From NCBI RefSeq assembly GCF_009914755.1, contig NC_060933.1: DNA of 64,000 nt. One strand, 5' to 3'. Positions 34,233 through 47,828 of this stretch are shown in pieces. The notes under the pieces are model-generated. The model was given only the letters and a program-made list of their open reading frames with translations. It was not told where the DNA came from and did no database searches. Made by a program: the position numbers and the translations under genes. Positions within the stretch are counted from its first letter, which is position 1, and every line of letters starts with the position of its first letter. This DNA comes from the human T2T-CHM13v2.0 reference genome, Homo sapiens.

Positions 34233-35140
34233 CTTTGTGGTTTTATCTACTTTTGGTCTTTGATGATGGTGATGTACAGATGGGTTTTCGGTGTAGATGT
34301 CCTTTCTGGTTGTTAGTTTTCCTTCTAACAGACAGGACCCTCAGCTGTAGGTCTGTTGGAATACCCTGCCGTGTGAGGTGTCAGTGTGCCCCTGTTGGGG
34401 GGTGCCTCCCAGTTAGGCTGCTTGGGGGTCAGGGGTCAGGGACCCACTTGAGGAGGCAGTCTGCCCGTTCTCAGATCTCCATCTGCGTGCTGGGAGAACC
34501 ACTGCTCTCTTCAAAGCTGTCAGACAGGGACACTTAAGTCTGCAGAGGTTACTGCTGTCTTTTTGTTTGTCTGTGCCCTGCCCCCAGAGGTGGAGCCTAC
34601 AGAGGCAGGCAGGCCTCCTTGAGCTGTGGTGGGCTCCACCCAGTTCGAGCTTCCAGGCTGCTTTGTTTACCTAAGCAAGCCTGGGCAATGGCGGGCGCCC
34701 CTCCCCCAGCCTCGTTGCCGCCTTGCAGTTTGATCTCAGACTGCTGTGCTAGCAATCAGCGAGATTCCGTGGGCGTAGGACCCTCTGAGCCAGGTGTGGG
34801 ATATAGTCTTGTGGTGCGCCGTTTCTTAAGCCGGTCTGAAAAGCGCAATATTCGGGTGGGAGTGACCCGATTTTCCAGGTGCGTCCGTCACCCCTTTCTT
34901 TGACTCGGAAAGGGAACTCCCTGACCCCTTGCGCTTCCCAGGTGAGGCAATGCCTCGCCCTGCTTCGGCTCGCGCACGGTGCGCGCACACACTGGCCTGC
35001 GCCCACTGTCTCGCACTCCGTAGTGAGATGAACCCGGTACCTCAGATGGAAATGCAGAAATCACCCGTCTTCTGCGTCGCTCACGCTGGGAGCTGTAGAC
35101 CGGAGCTGTTCCTATTCGGCCATCTTGGCTCCTCCCTCCT
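34233..35140. promoter_or_regulatory. L1 5'UTR: internal sense promoter with intact YY1 site, and antisense promoter
   Basis: CpG-rich ~900-bp 5'UTR; CAAGATGGCC YY1 motif near 35118-35127 (minus strand). Confidence 0.88.
34688..34903 (+). CDS. L1 ORF0 (antisense ORF in the 5'UTR), intact, 71 aa
   Basis: MAGAPPPASLPPCSLISDCCASNQRDSVGVGPSEPGVGYSLVVRRFLSRSEKRNIRVGVTRFSRCVRHPFL*, matching the primate L1 ORF0 peptide. Confidence 0.88.
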   Translation: MAGAPPPASLPPCSLISDCCASNQRDSVGVGPSEPGVGYSLVVRRFLSRSEKRNIRVGVTRFSRCVRHPFL

Positions 35141-36671
35141 CGATTGTCCAAAGTGTTTCTCTGCCTTCCTTTTTAGCCCATGACAATGCACACAGTGTTA
35201 TGAGATGCCTCACGAACACAAATGCAGGTTTTGAAATTGTGTAGCCAAATCTGTAATACAAAAGTCATCCAAATCTGTAATGCAGGTGATTTGGAATGAG
35301 CTCACATCAATTTATTTTACATTATTGCCAAAATGAAAATAAGAATATTTGGTCTCCTAAAACTCCCAAAGATATATGTAAGGACCCCGAAGGGTCTATG
35401 GCTCCCAATTTGAGAAACATTCGATGTGAAACATCCATAGTCCAGAATGAGTGGTGTTTTGGTGAGCCAGGAGGAATTTTCCCATTCATTATTCCACATC
35501 CCAGGTCCTTCAGGTGTTAGAAACTCCTGAGTATTTAAGAAGGTGAGAAACAAGGTCAGGGTCAGGTGTATATATATAGTGCCTAGTGAGATGTCAAGGG
35601 CAATGTCAATATTGGGTGAACTAGAGAAAGAATCAAAGAAACATTTGCACTACTGGAGCTGTATATCCTGTTTTTATAAGACATATAGACTAAGGCCTTA
35701 AGGGTTAAAATTCACTCTTCTTATAATTACTCTGACAAAAGCAGTTATCGTTTGGAAGACCCTGAATATTTACAAGTTGAAGCAATGAACTTGTTTGTTT
35801 GACAAAATAATTCTAAAGAAATCCTATGTGTCATAGATAAATTCCACCATTAGAACTTCCCTCTGGGAGACAGACAAGTGTTTACTTTCCATTTTACAAC
35901 CTCATATGAGACTAATACAGTCAGGTGAGGCAGCCCTGAACACTCAGAATAAATATTCTCTTCCCATTTCCCTCTTCTGACTACATACTGCACTCAAGTG
36001 CTACCTAAATTGTAATAAGTGATACATGAAGCAAGAAGGCATACTGTGTATACCCTCTTAGGAGAGAAAAAGGATTCAAAACACACTTGGAATCACCATG
36101 GCACACTAACCTTTCCCCATATGATACGGCTACTTTCATTGTACAAATGAAAAAAGATTGGATAACCTGGGCAGAAAATAAGAAACAGATGAAGATTTGT
36201 ACACGCTTAAAGAGATAGGGGTAGTGTAACTGAATTTAACAGTAGTTTTGGAGAAGAATAAATCACAAGTTCAGGTTTGAGGAAAAGCTAGAGAAGAGTC
36301 TGTAGTTCTGGGAGTACAGTCTCCCTGGTAACACTAAGTTTTAAGACTTTTTCTTTTTAAGCCTTTTTCTTTTTGCACAAACCAGAAGGACAGAATAAAT
36401 CATCTTTCTTCAAATTCTGAGAGCAAAGCTCTGAGCAATCAGTGAATTCTGAGGGTCACAGCAGGCCACTGCTCAGATGGCTAACACTGAGAGCCTTCTA
36501 AGGACTAGAAGTCCAAAATACCTTTCCAAAATCTGAAAGCCAAAAAGAAATTACTACCTTGAGATTAAATTCAAATATCAGAACCAGAAGTGGCCACCAC
36601 CCAGCAAGTAGAGCTCATAAAACCTAAGGCATGCACAGATTCACAAAAGGCCCAGGAGGAAGGATCAAAGG

Positions 36672-36965
36672 TTCATTCCCCCTACAATCTGGAGCAAGGC
36701 AAGGATGCCCGCTCTCACCACTCCTTCTCAATATAGTACTGGAAGTCCTAGCCAGAGCAATCAGGCAAGAGAAAGAAATAAACCCATCCAAATTGGAAAA
36801 CAGGAAGTCAAATTATCTCTGTTGGCTGACAATATAATCTTATATCTAGAAAACCCTAAAGACTCCTATAAAAGACTCCTAAGCTTTGATAAACGAATTC
36901 AGTTAATTCTCAGGATACAAAAATCAATGTAGAAAAATCAGTAGCATTTGTATACACCAATAATG
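36672..36965 (+). mobile_element. Isolated internal L1 ORF2 (RT) fragment
   Basis: Translates [35 protein letters not shown], then after a frameshift [24 protein letters not shown]. Confidence 0.88.
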
Positions 36966-37355
36966 AGCTGTAGTTATCAAGAGACAGGTTTCTCCCACTC
37001 AGCAGAGTAATGATACACATAATTGTGACAGAGGACACATTAAAGAGAAAAAGCAAAAAGCTACAGAATAGCAACAGTTAGAAAACAAGGAGATACAGAT
37101 ACAGACATAAACAGAGACACAGATGTTAGGATCCCGGTTCAGAATCCAGAAAAGGTAAAGAAACTTCCATAAAACCTATGCCAAGCACAATGATAGATCC
37201 CAAATCTGGTACTCAAGGTAAATACCCAATACAGTCAAAAGCACCCTTGAACCTCATCTAGGACTTGGGTGTAGCCCACCACCATGTTGCAAAGCTAGAA
37301 CACATCTTCTCTTCTTGGATGAGAACCAGACATTACTGGCCATGAGCATGAAAAA

Positions 37356-37432
37356 ATACATACATATATATATCCATATATACATATTCATATATACATA
37401 TATTCATATATACATATATATATATATATATA
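37356..37432. repeat. (TA)/(TACA) compound microsatellite
   Basis: Visible low-complexity tract. Confidence 0.85.
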
Positions 37433-37443
37433 TTCGTCTTTAA

Positions 37444-38044
<601 letters not shown>

Positions 38045-38830
38045 GTATTTATGTCTTTCTTTGCCTCTGTCTCTCCTCTCCCTTTTCTATCTTGTCAAGC
38101 ACCGTTTCATGTAAATTAAGGGAGCTGTGAAGCAACTACACTATTACAAAACAAGGCAATCATTCTGAAAAGGGCTAAACTAGAACCCAAGAAAGGGAAA
38201 TGGAGAAGCAACCCTCACCAATACTGAAACTTCGCCTCTGCCTACTGGCAGCTACTTGTTTTTAAAAATTTCCCAATTAAATGGGATTGCTGTCCAATGG
38301 GTGAGCCTTTCCTCTTGAGTTTAATAAGGTAAGCCGTTTTGCCAATCTCTATACAATTCACATATGGAAAGTTTTGGTTCCTCTCAATTAAATTTGTTTT
38401 TAAATTACCAAATAAAAGAATCCCCTTCGACATCGTGCATGTAGAAACATCGCAAACCATGTGAAACAGCTAACGGTGCTGATTTTGACGTCTCAACAAA
38501 TCCTAGCCTAGCACTGCCTGGCAGGTCACCCATCACTATACCTGCCACACCCTCAGGTACCTGACCTGAGGCTGTCCCTCCTTTGGATACTTTTGGGATA
38601 CCTGTGCCCACTCACAGACCCTCAGTGGTTCCAGTGCCAGCTGCACCCTCACATTCCTGTTTGTGAGAATGTGGGGTTTTCTAAGTTAATTTATCAGCAT
38701 GAATCAATTCACAGATAACACTCAAAATTGCTGCAAATGGGAGTTGAGAAAAAACTGAAAAGTTTCAGCTCTGACTAGAGGTCAGAGAAGAGGCCTTCAT
38801 CCCTGCTCTCAGCCATCCATCAAATGCTCA

Positions 38831-38832
<2 letters not shown>

Positions 38833-38871
<39 letters not shown>
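38833..38871. repeat. (CA)n microsatellite, ~19 units
   Basis: Perfect AC run. Confidence 0.95.
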
Positions 38872-38872
<1 letters not shown>

Positions 38873-41649
38873 CCTATTTCCTTCTCTTGGCAATCTTTGA
38901 ACACCAAGACTGGCTCACAACAGTAACTGAAAAAAAAAAAAAAAAGTGAGAGAACCTGCAAAAGAAGTGGAGAAAATGCTCACAGCATGAACTACACTCT
39001 CTCTCAAAATGCAGATATATGAAACAAGAATCAAAGAATACTGATTTATTCTATTCATTTGGCAAACATTTACTGAGTATCTCCTGAGTATGAAACTCCC
39101 TTTCACCAAGACAATGACCCAGGCATCAGAAACTGGCAAGGCTACATTATAAGTTGGCTCTCTGCCCTGCCCCTCCACCCTCAACACCCACACATTTTCT
39201 TCCTACTTCCAGGACTTTTCTTGGCCTGGTAGCACCTGTCCTCCCAAATTCTCTTATGTAACTAAATCACACTGTCCTGCTGCCTTCACCTGTTGGCTGA
39301 CCTTATCAAACTGACCAGGAAGTGGTCAAGGCCCATCCTGACCTTGCAGACCCTTCATATCTGCCAGGCTCAGCTTACCCGGTCACACAACTCCTTGGAC
39401 ACTCCTTCCTCAGCCTTCAAAACAAAAAGTCCCTCAATTTTCTAAGAGAAAATGAACTCAACAATGACACATATCCCAAAAGCTACTTTCATCCCTTCAT
39501 GATGCAATATTATCTTCCCTCTAACATCACGATTACTGATGACTGGCGAGTTTAACCCAAAATTGCTTAATATTTTGCTTGAAAGATTCTTTAAATGAAA
39601 ATCAACAGTGTCATGCTTTGCCTTTATAGGAACCAAACATTTTCCTATTTAATATCCGTTCCTCTCAAACTGGATGTGAACACTCCCCAGGATAGCCCTG
39701 GGGCAGACTGTCCCCAGGGATAAGATTGAGTGCCAGGTGGGAAACAAAGCCACAAGTTGGAATGGCACACCTTCCTAGAAAGACAATTCTCCCTTCAGAA
39801 GAAACTCTATTTTATATGAAAACAAGTCCCAAAATATTGTGTACAAAGATGAACAACTTAATCACTTTTTAAAGAAAAGCTCAAGACTTCAAAGAAAATT
39901 CTTGCTTGCAGCCGTCTGTTGGGCTATGTCCACAATACAGGGAGTTTCCTACAAATGTTCTTTGCCTTTAAATGTTCTTCGATGAAGTTGCTGGAAAAAT
40001 GTTTCATCCACACCATGAGCATCTTGAGGGCATGAACTACATACTATCCTTCTCTTTGTCCCCAGCAACCTAGGACAGTACCTAAGCCAGTATTTGGCAT
40101 ATGGCAGGCAATTGGTAATGCTTATGGAATACATTTGGCTGAAATAATGCCGACAGCATTATCAATAACAAAAAAGTGTTTAAATCACATTTGGATGGAA
40201 GGAAGAAAAGGTCAACAGCTGTATGAGGAAGTGAAGTAGAATTAATCCAATTTACCAAAACAGCGGATGGCTGCCATGGTAACAATCTGATGCAGCAACT
40301 CAGTTTAGATCTCTTCCACTTGAACATGAGAGGAAGACAAATATTGTACTTGTTAATCTCACATCAGGAGGTGAGGCTTAGGACACAAGTCTACCAGGTG
40401 ACACCGGTGCCCATTAAATGTAGTAATCTCTGAAGAATTTGGAAAGGCAACATGATAATAATAATTCCACCAATAATATTAATTCCTGGTTTGTACACTG
40501 ACCCAGGTCATTTCAATCATTTAAGGTTGTGTGTGAAATATTTGTTGCTGAGACTAGACAACTGTGAAAAACAGATCCACATGTATGCATACATCATATC
40601 CAATATGATGTGGACTCACCCTGCCTCATTCCTAAAATTCTTACTTTTTTTAACTAGCTGCACCCAAACTAAGTTACAGATGAAAGATGACTCAAATAAA
40701 GAGTATAGGTTGTAGCAGTGTTTAAATTTTGCTACTTCCCTGGTTGGGGAGTAACTCATTTGTAAATAACAGAAAAGATCGTTACACACCCACTTTCTCT
40801 ACACAACCCTTCTATGGCAGTGAGTCACTCTCCATGCCCAATATTCCCCTTACTTTCCAAGCTGGAGGGAGAAGTTGGGAGGAGAAGGAAGTGAGGGCTT
40901 CCAATGAACAAGCACACTGACAACCTTCCAGGGATACTTCCTTTTCAATGTTCTGTCTCAGATGTGCAAACTGCCAACCAAAATGATGCCTTTCAGAGCG
41001 TCTTAATAACGACAGCCAGAGCTCAGCAAAATTTCAGCTAAAATCCAAACATAAAGCAGAAAAACACTTAACAGCACTGAAATGTGTGTATCGCTGGGGC
41101 ATGAAGTGAAAAATAGCAGCTGGAGACACCCACCACACCAAGGCATGGACAAATGCAAACGAAACTCAAAAAGAAAATCTGAGCCTCTCTCCCTCCAGGC
41201 CCTGAAATCCCACCTGCAGGCATCCCCTTACCTCCTGATAATTAAGTCCGTGACTTGACACGTTATTTCTGTCAGAGCAGTAAGAGCAGAGAATATACTG
41301 TGTCATTTTATCATTTTATTCCGTCACATAAAAAGTGAGTTTTTCAGTTCACAAAATTTGGGTCAAATCTCTGCTGTTTAACTGGGCAAGTCCCTTAACG
41401 TCTGTCTAATTTCTAGGTCTAAGTTCAGAAATAAGCTAGCCTACCTTCTAGGGATGTTATGAAAATTAAATGCGTGAACTCTGTAAAATGCCTAGCAGGT
41501 ACATCAATCAATATTTGTGTCCAGCAATGTAAAAGCCCAACAAAGTTTCCTTTTCTATAGTCTTAGGAAAACGACAAATCAGAAAACTATTACAGAGGAC
41601 GCCAAATTGGCAAACAGCCCGGGCCCCAGCCCTGGGGTGAGAGCCTAAG

Positions 41650-42980
41650 GCCTGGGGTAGAAGGTGACGTAACCAGGACGCGGTGAGATGTGGCGCGCGC
41701 GCCTAAACTCGCGCGGGGCGCCAGCAGCTGCAGATTTCAGGAGAGCTCCTGTAATGAACACGCCGCCCTTTGCAGGCTCAGGATTCAGCACGTAAAACTT
41801 TCTCCCCAAACGCTGACTCTCTGACTCCTTTTTCTTAACTCTAGCGGATCTTGGAAAAGTCAAAGCGAGTAGGTGAAGGAAGACAAGCAACTCACAGAGA
41901 AGACTAGGGGGGGGCCATTGGGTCTGCACACCTGCAAGTAAGTGGGAAGAAGCAAGCAGGAAGCGCCAGAATAACCTCCCGCCCCCAGCTCACACTCGCA
42001 CCTGGGAATGAACTTGGCTTCGTCCCCAAGTCGCGCCTGGAAATCCTGCCAAGCCCGGCCGGGACTCGCCGGGCCGCACGAGGTGGCCAGCGCCGCCGCC
42101 GCGTCCTCGTCGCCTTCGTCCTCCTCGCTGTCGTGTGTCTCCGGCCCCGCCTCAGACACGGCGGGCGCGGGATCCAGAGGACCCCAGTCCCGGCGCCGCC
42201 CCCCGCGGAGGGACCCGAGGAAGCCACGCGCGAACTCCTGGAAGGTGATGGCGCCGTCACGGTCGGCGTCCAGCCGCTGGAATACTGCCTCGGCGTCGGC
42301 CGGCCGCACCCGCAGCTCCGTGCACAGTGCCCGGAACTCCTCGCGCTCCAGGCGCCCCGAGCGGTTCGCGTCGCAGGCGGCGAAGACTGAGCGCAGCCGG
42401 GCCAGCTCCTCTCCGTCCCCATCCGCCTCCATCCCGCCTGGCGGGGGCGGCCGAGAGGGCTCCGGAGCGCCGCGGGGCGCAGGGCCCTCCCTGGAAGGAC
42501 GGGGCCACCTGCTGCCGCCGGGAGGCCCGGCGAGTTTGGCTCGTCCGGCTGGTTCGGCCACTTGAGGGAACGTCGGGCGGGGCGAGGAACGTCGGGGGTG
42601 GCCGAGCGGCTCCCTTCGACGACGGTTCGGGCCAGCCCCCAACAGGTCCCGGGAGCGGTGGGGTGCGCCCGGGCTCCAGGCACCGCCAAGGAGCGCCTCC
42701 TGCGACTGAGCGCCCAAGCGCCGAGGTGGCTCTCGCCACTTTCCCGGCGGGTGCAGCTCCGCCCAGCCAGGGAGGAGGAGCGCGCGCCACCGCTTCTCCA
42801 GTTCCCACGCCCCGGAGTCCACCGCTGCTTGCCGCGCAGGTGGGGGAGACCTGGCTGGCCGGAACTGGGATTCGGGGGGAGCATTGCCCTTCGGCGTAAG
42901 CGCTGCTCAGGTAGAGCCCAGCGCTCCGCTTCTCCACAGAACGTGCTGGCGCGCGCGTCAGAAGCTAACCGCACAGAGGT
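41650..42980. promoter_or_regulatory. RASEF: CpG island / RASEF promoter, 5'UTR and exon 1
   Basis: Very high GC and CpG density against AT-rich flanks. Contains GC boxes, (CG)n runs and a CRE-like TGACGTAA near 41665. The exact TSS cannot be determined from sequence. Confidence 0.93.
42002..42432 (-). CDS. RASEF: RASEF (RAB45) coding exon 1: two EF-hands plus acidic linker
   Basis: Translates [33 protein letters not shown]...[15 protein letters not shown]...EAKFIP with two EF-hand loops. ATG in strong Kozak context (GGGATGG). Ends at donor CCCAG|GTGCGAGT; 431 nt, phase 2. Confidence 0.97.
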
Positions 42981-44336
42981 AAGGTAGGTAGGGGTAGGAT
43001 TCCGAATGGGTTAAGTGCATTTTATTATCTTACTCCCGAAACTTGATAAACTTCTTTATATAGAAGTTTCTTACAAACCAAAGTACAAGATTTACCAGAA
43101 GACCCCATTCTCAATTTTACTGGCTTTCGTTAACGCATTTTTGTGCGTCTAACGTTAAGGTCCCACTGCTTAAACACAGATCTTCCAGATCTCCAATTCC
43201 ACATTTTTTCTCAATCCTTGTCTCCAAAACCTGAGAAAAAATTTGATAAACAAAATCGTTTGGCAGACAGCATTGTTTAAACAAAGACTGAGGTCGTTTT
43301 GTAGGTTTTTTTACTTAAACAAACTTTATGGAAATTACATATCCAAAGGTAGGTTACCCTTTGGTTTTAAACACTTTTTTCGACAATACTATTGTTTCTT
43401 TAACACTGCTTAATGGATATGAGATCTTTAAAATCCACCCATTTTGATCCTTTTAAACACTTTTTCCATCCTTTTCCAGGAGACCCTCAGTCTGTCATAC
43501 GGCTTATGTAACCGTGCCTTTAGGCGATTCTCATAGCCTGTGAAGATATATTTGGCTCATTTTTACTTTATTTACATTATCCATTTCCTCCACATTTTAG
43601 ACTTTCTGACTCTGTATTTTTCTTTTATCTCATTCTGGATTCTCTTTATCGTTTATTACTTTGATTTTTTAAAAATGTGATCATTAAGTAAGGGATATTA
43701 CTGACACGTTCCTACTAGGCTAGTGTTCTTAAACATAAAGCTAAGTGCTAAACATCTGGGGAACTATTTCCTCTTGAATTGTACAATAAACATGGTCAAC
43801 ACTAACAGCTTCTATTAAACTGTAACTACTACTGATAACCCCCATCTGAAAATTTAACTGGTAAATTATGAGAGGCATTCCATTAGAAGTCCTGGTCTTA
43901 GCAACCTAATTGCTAAGTGAATATAGTTGTATACAGTTGGACAGCTAATACAATGAATCTTATCATTAGTGCAATGTAAGTTGTTATTGATTTTGAGCTT
44001 ATGTGCTTTCCTGTTTATTCTAAAGATTGATTTTTCCATATGAATTTAAAAGTAGCTGGCTTGGTAATGCCTTTAAAGCTTTACAAATATACTTATTAAA
44101 CTAAATCTTTGAACTATTATTATATTTATACTGTTAGCAACTAATGGATATCTATGTCTTTAAAAATAGATGCTTTCATGTTTTTAACTGCTTAGGCAGA
44201 AGTGCTTTTTTGAAGATTGCTTGCACAACTTTATTCCTGAATTTTTACTCTGACCTTTGTGCTCATTTTTTCTGAATTCTTATGTTCTGTGACCTGCTTT
44301 GCCCTTTCCCTAAGCCCCTTCATTGAAGAGTCATCA

Positions 44337-44733
<397 letters not shown>

Positions 44734-45344
44734 TCAGACCTCCGATATCAGTTATTTATCACTGCATAACAACAGTAGTGATCTAAAAGTGCTACCATTT
44801 TATTTGTTCATAATTCCATTATCATCAATTTGGGCAGGGCTCAGCTAGGTGGTTTGTCTGCTGGCTTGCCTGGGATCTCTCAGGTGGTTTTCTTGTTGAC
44901 TCAACTGGGGCTGGATGGTTATAGAGTCTCACTCATTTTTCTGGAAGCTGGTGCTGGCTGTTGGCTGGGCCATGTGTCTTCAGGAAGCTAGCATGAGTTT
45001 TGTCACATGGTGGCAATGTTCCAAGCGAGTAAGCCCCAGTGTACAAGTGCTCTTCAAGCTTTAGCTTGTGTCATATTTGCTGATATTCCATTGACAAGTC
45101 ACATTGGCAAGTCACATGGCCAAGCCCTAAGTCAGTGTGGGAAGGGACTACAAAAAAAACAGGGATACAGAGAAATGTACTTCATTGGAGGCTCTTACTG
45201 TTACAATATACCATACCTAAGGTAAAGAGACAGCCTCTAATATATTCTCCCAGGCTCTTGTCCTAACATCCTGTTTATTCTGCACAACCACAGCTGGACA
45301 GTCCTTCTCAAACACCAATTATTCTATCATTCTCTACTCTTTAA

Positions 45345-45568
45345 TTCTCAATCAGTCAACAATTTTGTTTCGCAGGGGACATTTGGCAGTGTCTGATGAC
45401 ATTTTTGGCTGTCTTAATTTGATAAGGGGTAGATGCTCCTGGCCTCTAGTAGGTAGCTGCAGGGATGCTACGGAATATCCTGTAATGCACAGGCCAGAGC
45501 CTCCCCTCCTTCCCATTACAAAGAATTATCTGGCCAAAAATGTCAATTGTGCTGAGGTTGAGGAAGCC
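45345..45568 (+). mobile_element. MER20 hAT MITE
   Basis: ggggacatttggcagtgtctg ... gaattatctggccaaaaatgtcaattgtgctgaggttgag. Confidence 0.8.
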
Positions 45569-47429
45569 TGTACCCTAACTCATAAACCCCCAGTGGTGCT
45601 CCAATAAAAAGAGAACTAAAGGTAAACTCTTAATCCGAGCATCCACAGCCCTCTGTAATTTGCTCTGACTACATAGATCAAATATTTCACCCTTTAGTCT
45701 CTATCATGGCTTTTATTGTCCCCCAAATAAGCCACACTTCATCACATGATTACGTTAGTAGCTCCTTACTATCAGGACAAAATGTAAATATCAAGCAGAT
45801 CTTTTAGCTTTTCTCTCTTCTGTCTAACCAAACCATTTCCCAGCTTAAGTAAAAGAATTGGATCCTGCTTTTTCTACAAACGTTTACACAATTGCATTGT
45901 GACCTGCCACTCATAAATACATCACTTAGTGTGTATGTCAGTTCAGGTATCAGGCAGCAGGAATGTTTTTGAATAACCCCAGCAATATACTCAGGGGAAA
46001 GCCACGGTCATATAATCTGTCTCTAATTATTTTCAACAAACAGCAAAGAGAAAAGAAAGAAATAGGAGGTGCTTCTTTTTATTTTAGCATCCAGAAACAG
46101 CTAGCCAGGAACTGGAGATAACAGAGCAGGCTTTGAGAGCCAATGAATTAGTAGGTAAGGAGAGCTTGCCCATGATTGTCAGCATGACTTTTCGAAAGAT
46201 CAGCTTCCTCTCTGGCTGCTCAAAGATTTTAAAAATCAGAGATAATCTTGTTAGAGCATGTTTCTCAAAGCAGTGAAAAGACATCTTTGGAAAGAAATAA
46301 TTTTGTGATCAGATACATTTGTAAAACACAAATAAATTTTAGAAAGAATCCTATTATATTCCTTTGAGATAAAGCTGTTTGATCGAATATTTCCTAAATG
46401 TATTTGACTATGGTAACTTTGAGTTTGGGGTTTTGGTTTGGTTTGGTTTCAATTTCCGTGAGCTTTCCACAGACTTAGTGCTCTCAAAACATACTTGAGG
46501 AGACCTCGTGTTAGACAGTGACTAGGGTGGTGAGTCATGAGAAGTGATCCTTTGCTCCTACATCATAAATTGGCCCAACTTCCCATAACGGGAATGAGCA
46601 ATACCACTTTAACCTGCTTTTCATTGGTAAGTAGGGAAAGCTTTTAGTGGAAACCTATTGTAATCCACCCTGTAAGATTTCCTTCAGGTACGAGAGTGCT
46701 TCTCAGAGCATGACTTAACACTGCAGTTACTTTGCCCCAGAAAGATCCGAAATGCCATTGAAAATGGAACTAGATACCTTAGTAATGGCATACCACTGAG
46801 GCACCCACTAGTAGGTTCAGGAACACTCTGAAACATACATACCCCTGTAAGAGCTGAGTCTTAGTTTTCTCATGAATATATACTCAGAGCTTACTATTCC
46901 TAAGGAAGCTACAGGAAAAAGGTAGATTTTGCGAAAAGGAATGTGTCAGCGTATATCATAGTGATCCACTGACCCTTTATGTAAAGCATGAAAAAGAGAA
47001 AATAATAACACTTATATACTGCTATCCATAATTAGCAAATGTGAACATCCTATCCTATTTGCCTCAGATCTATTTTTTAAAATGAAGCATTAGAGACCCA
47101 GCTGAACTTCCCCTTTGACTGCATATTGTTTCTATAATTAATGTATAGCATTGTTGTGTATGTGTTGTGTTGGCAGTTATCAGACTTTGGAAAATCTTTC
47201 ATTTAAAAAAATTAAGTATCTGTAATGTTTCAAACAATATCAAATACCATTACATGTCTTGAACCAGAGCAGAGTTGGCGTTCATTATTAGAACTGAGCA
47301 AGAAGTATTGTATTTCAAACTTCTGATTCCATTTTGTGATGACTAAGCAAAACTCATGTCATTTTCCCACATTAGCAAACTGTATGTCTCATCCATCTTG
47401 CTCCTCTCAGTTAAGACAAAAGTTTGTGT

Positions 47430-47735
47430 TTTTTATTTATTATTTATGTATTTATTTTTTGTGACAGGGTGTCACTTTCTCGTAGGCTGGAGTGCAGTGG
47501 TGTGATCATGGCTCACTGCAGCCTCAACCTCCCTGGACTTAGGTGATCCTCCCGTCTCAGTCGCTGGAGTCACTGGGACTACAGGCACGCACCACTACTC
47601 CCAGTTAATTTTTTTTGTATTTTTTGTAGAGTTTCTCTACGTTGCCCAGACTGGTCTCAAACACTTTGGCTGGAGATCCGCCTGACTCGGCCTTCTGAAG
47701 TGCTAAGATTACAGGCGTGAGCCGCCATACCTGGT
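47430..47735 (-). mobile_element. Alu (old, AluJ-like)
   Basis: Diverged reverse Alu dimer. Confidence 0.85.
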
Positions 47736-47828
47736 CGCTGTTTCATATTATATATGCAAGAAGTAGAGAAATCAAATCTAATAAAAATAAATGGACCTCA
47801 GTTCACTTTTGGACAGCAGAAAAAGCAA

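Noticed and set aside
42433-42822. 130-aa N-terminal extension of RASEF implied by the 320-aa ORF
   Set aside because: It starts at GTG, not ATG, and has the Pro/Gly/Arg composition typical of a GC-rich UTR. The ATG at 42432 has a strong Kozak context. Non-AUG initiation is not excluded, but nothing supports it.
41904-42987. Multiple long overlapping ORFs on both strands (356, 226, 190, 185 and 141 aa)
   Set aside because: Stop-codon depletion in a CpG island; no recognisable domains.
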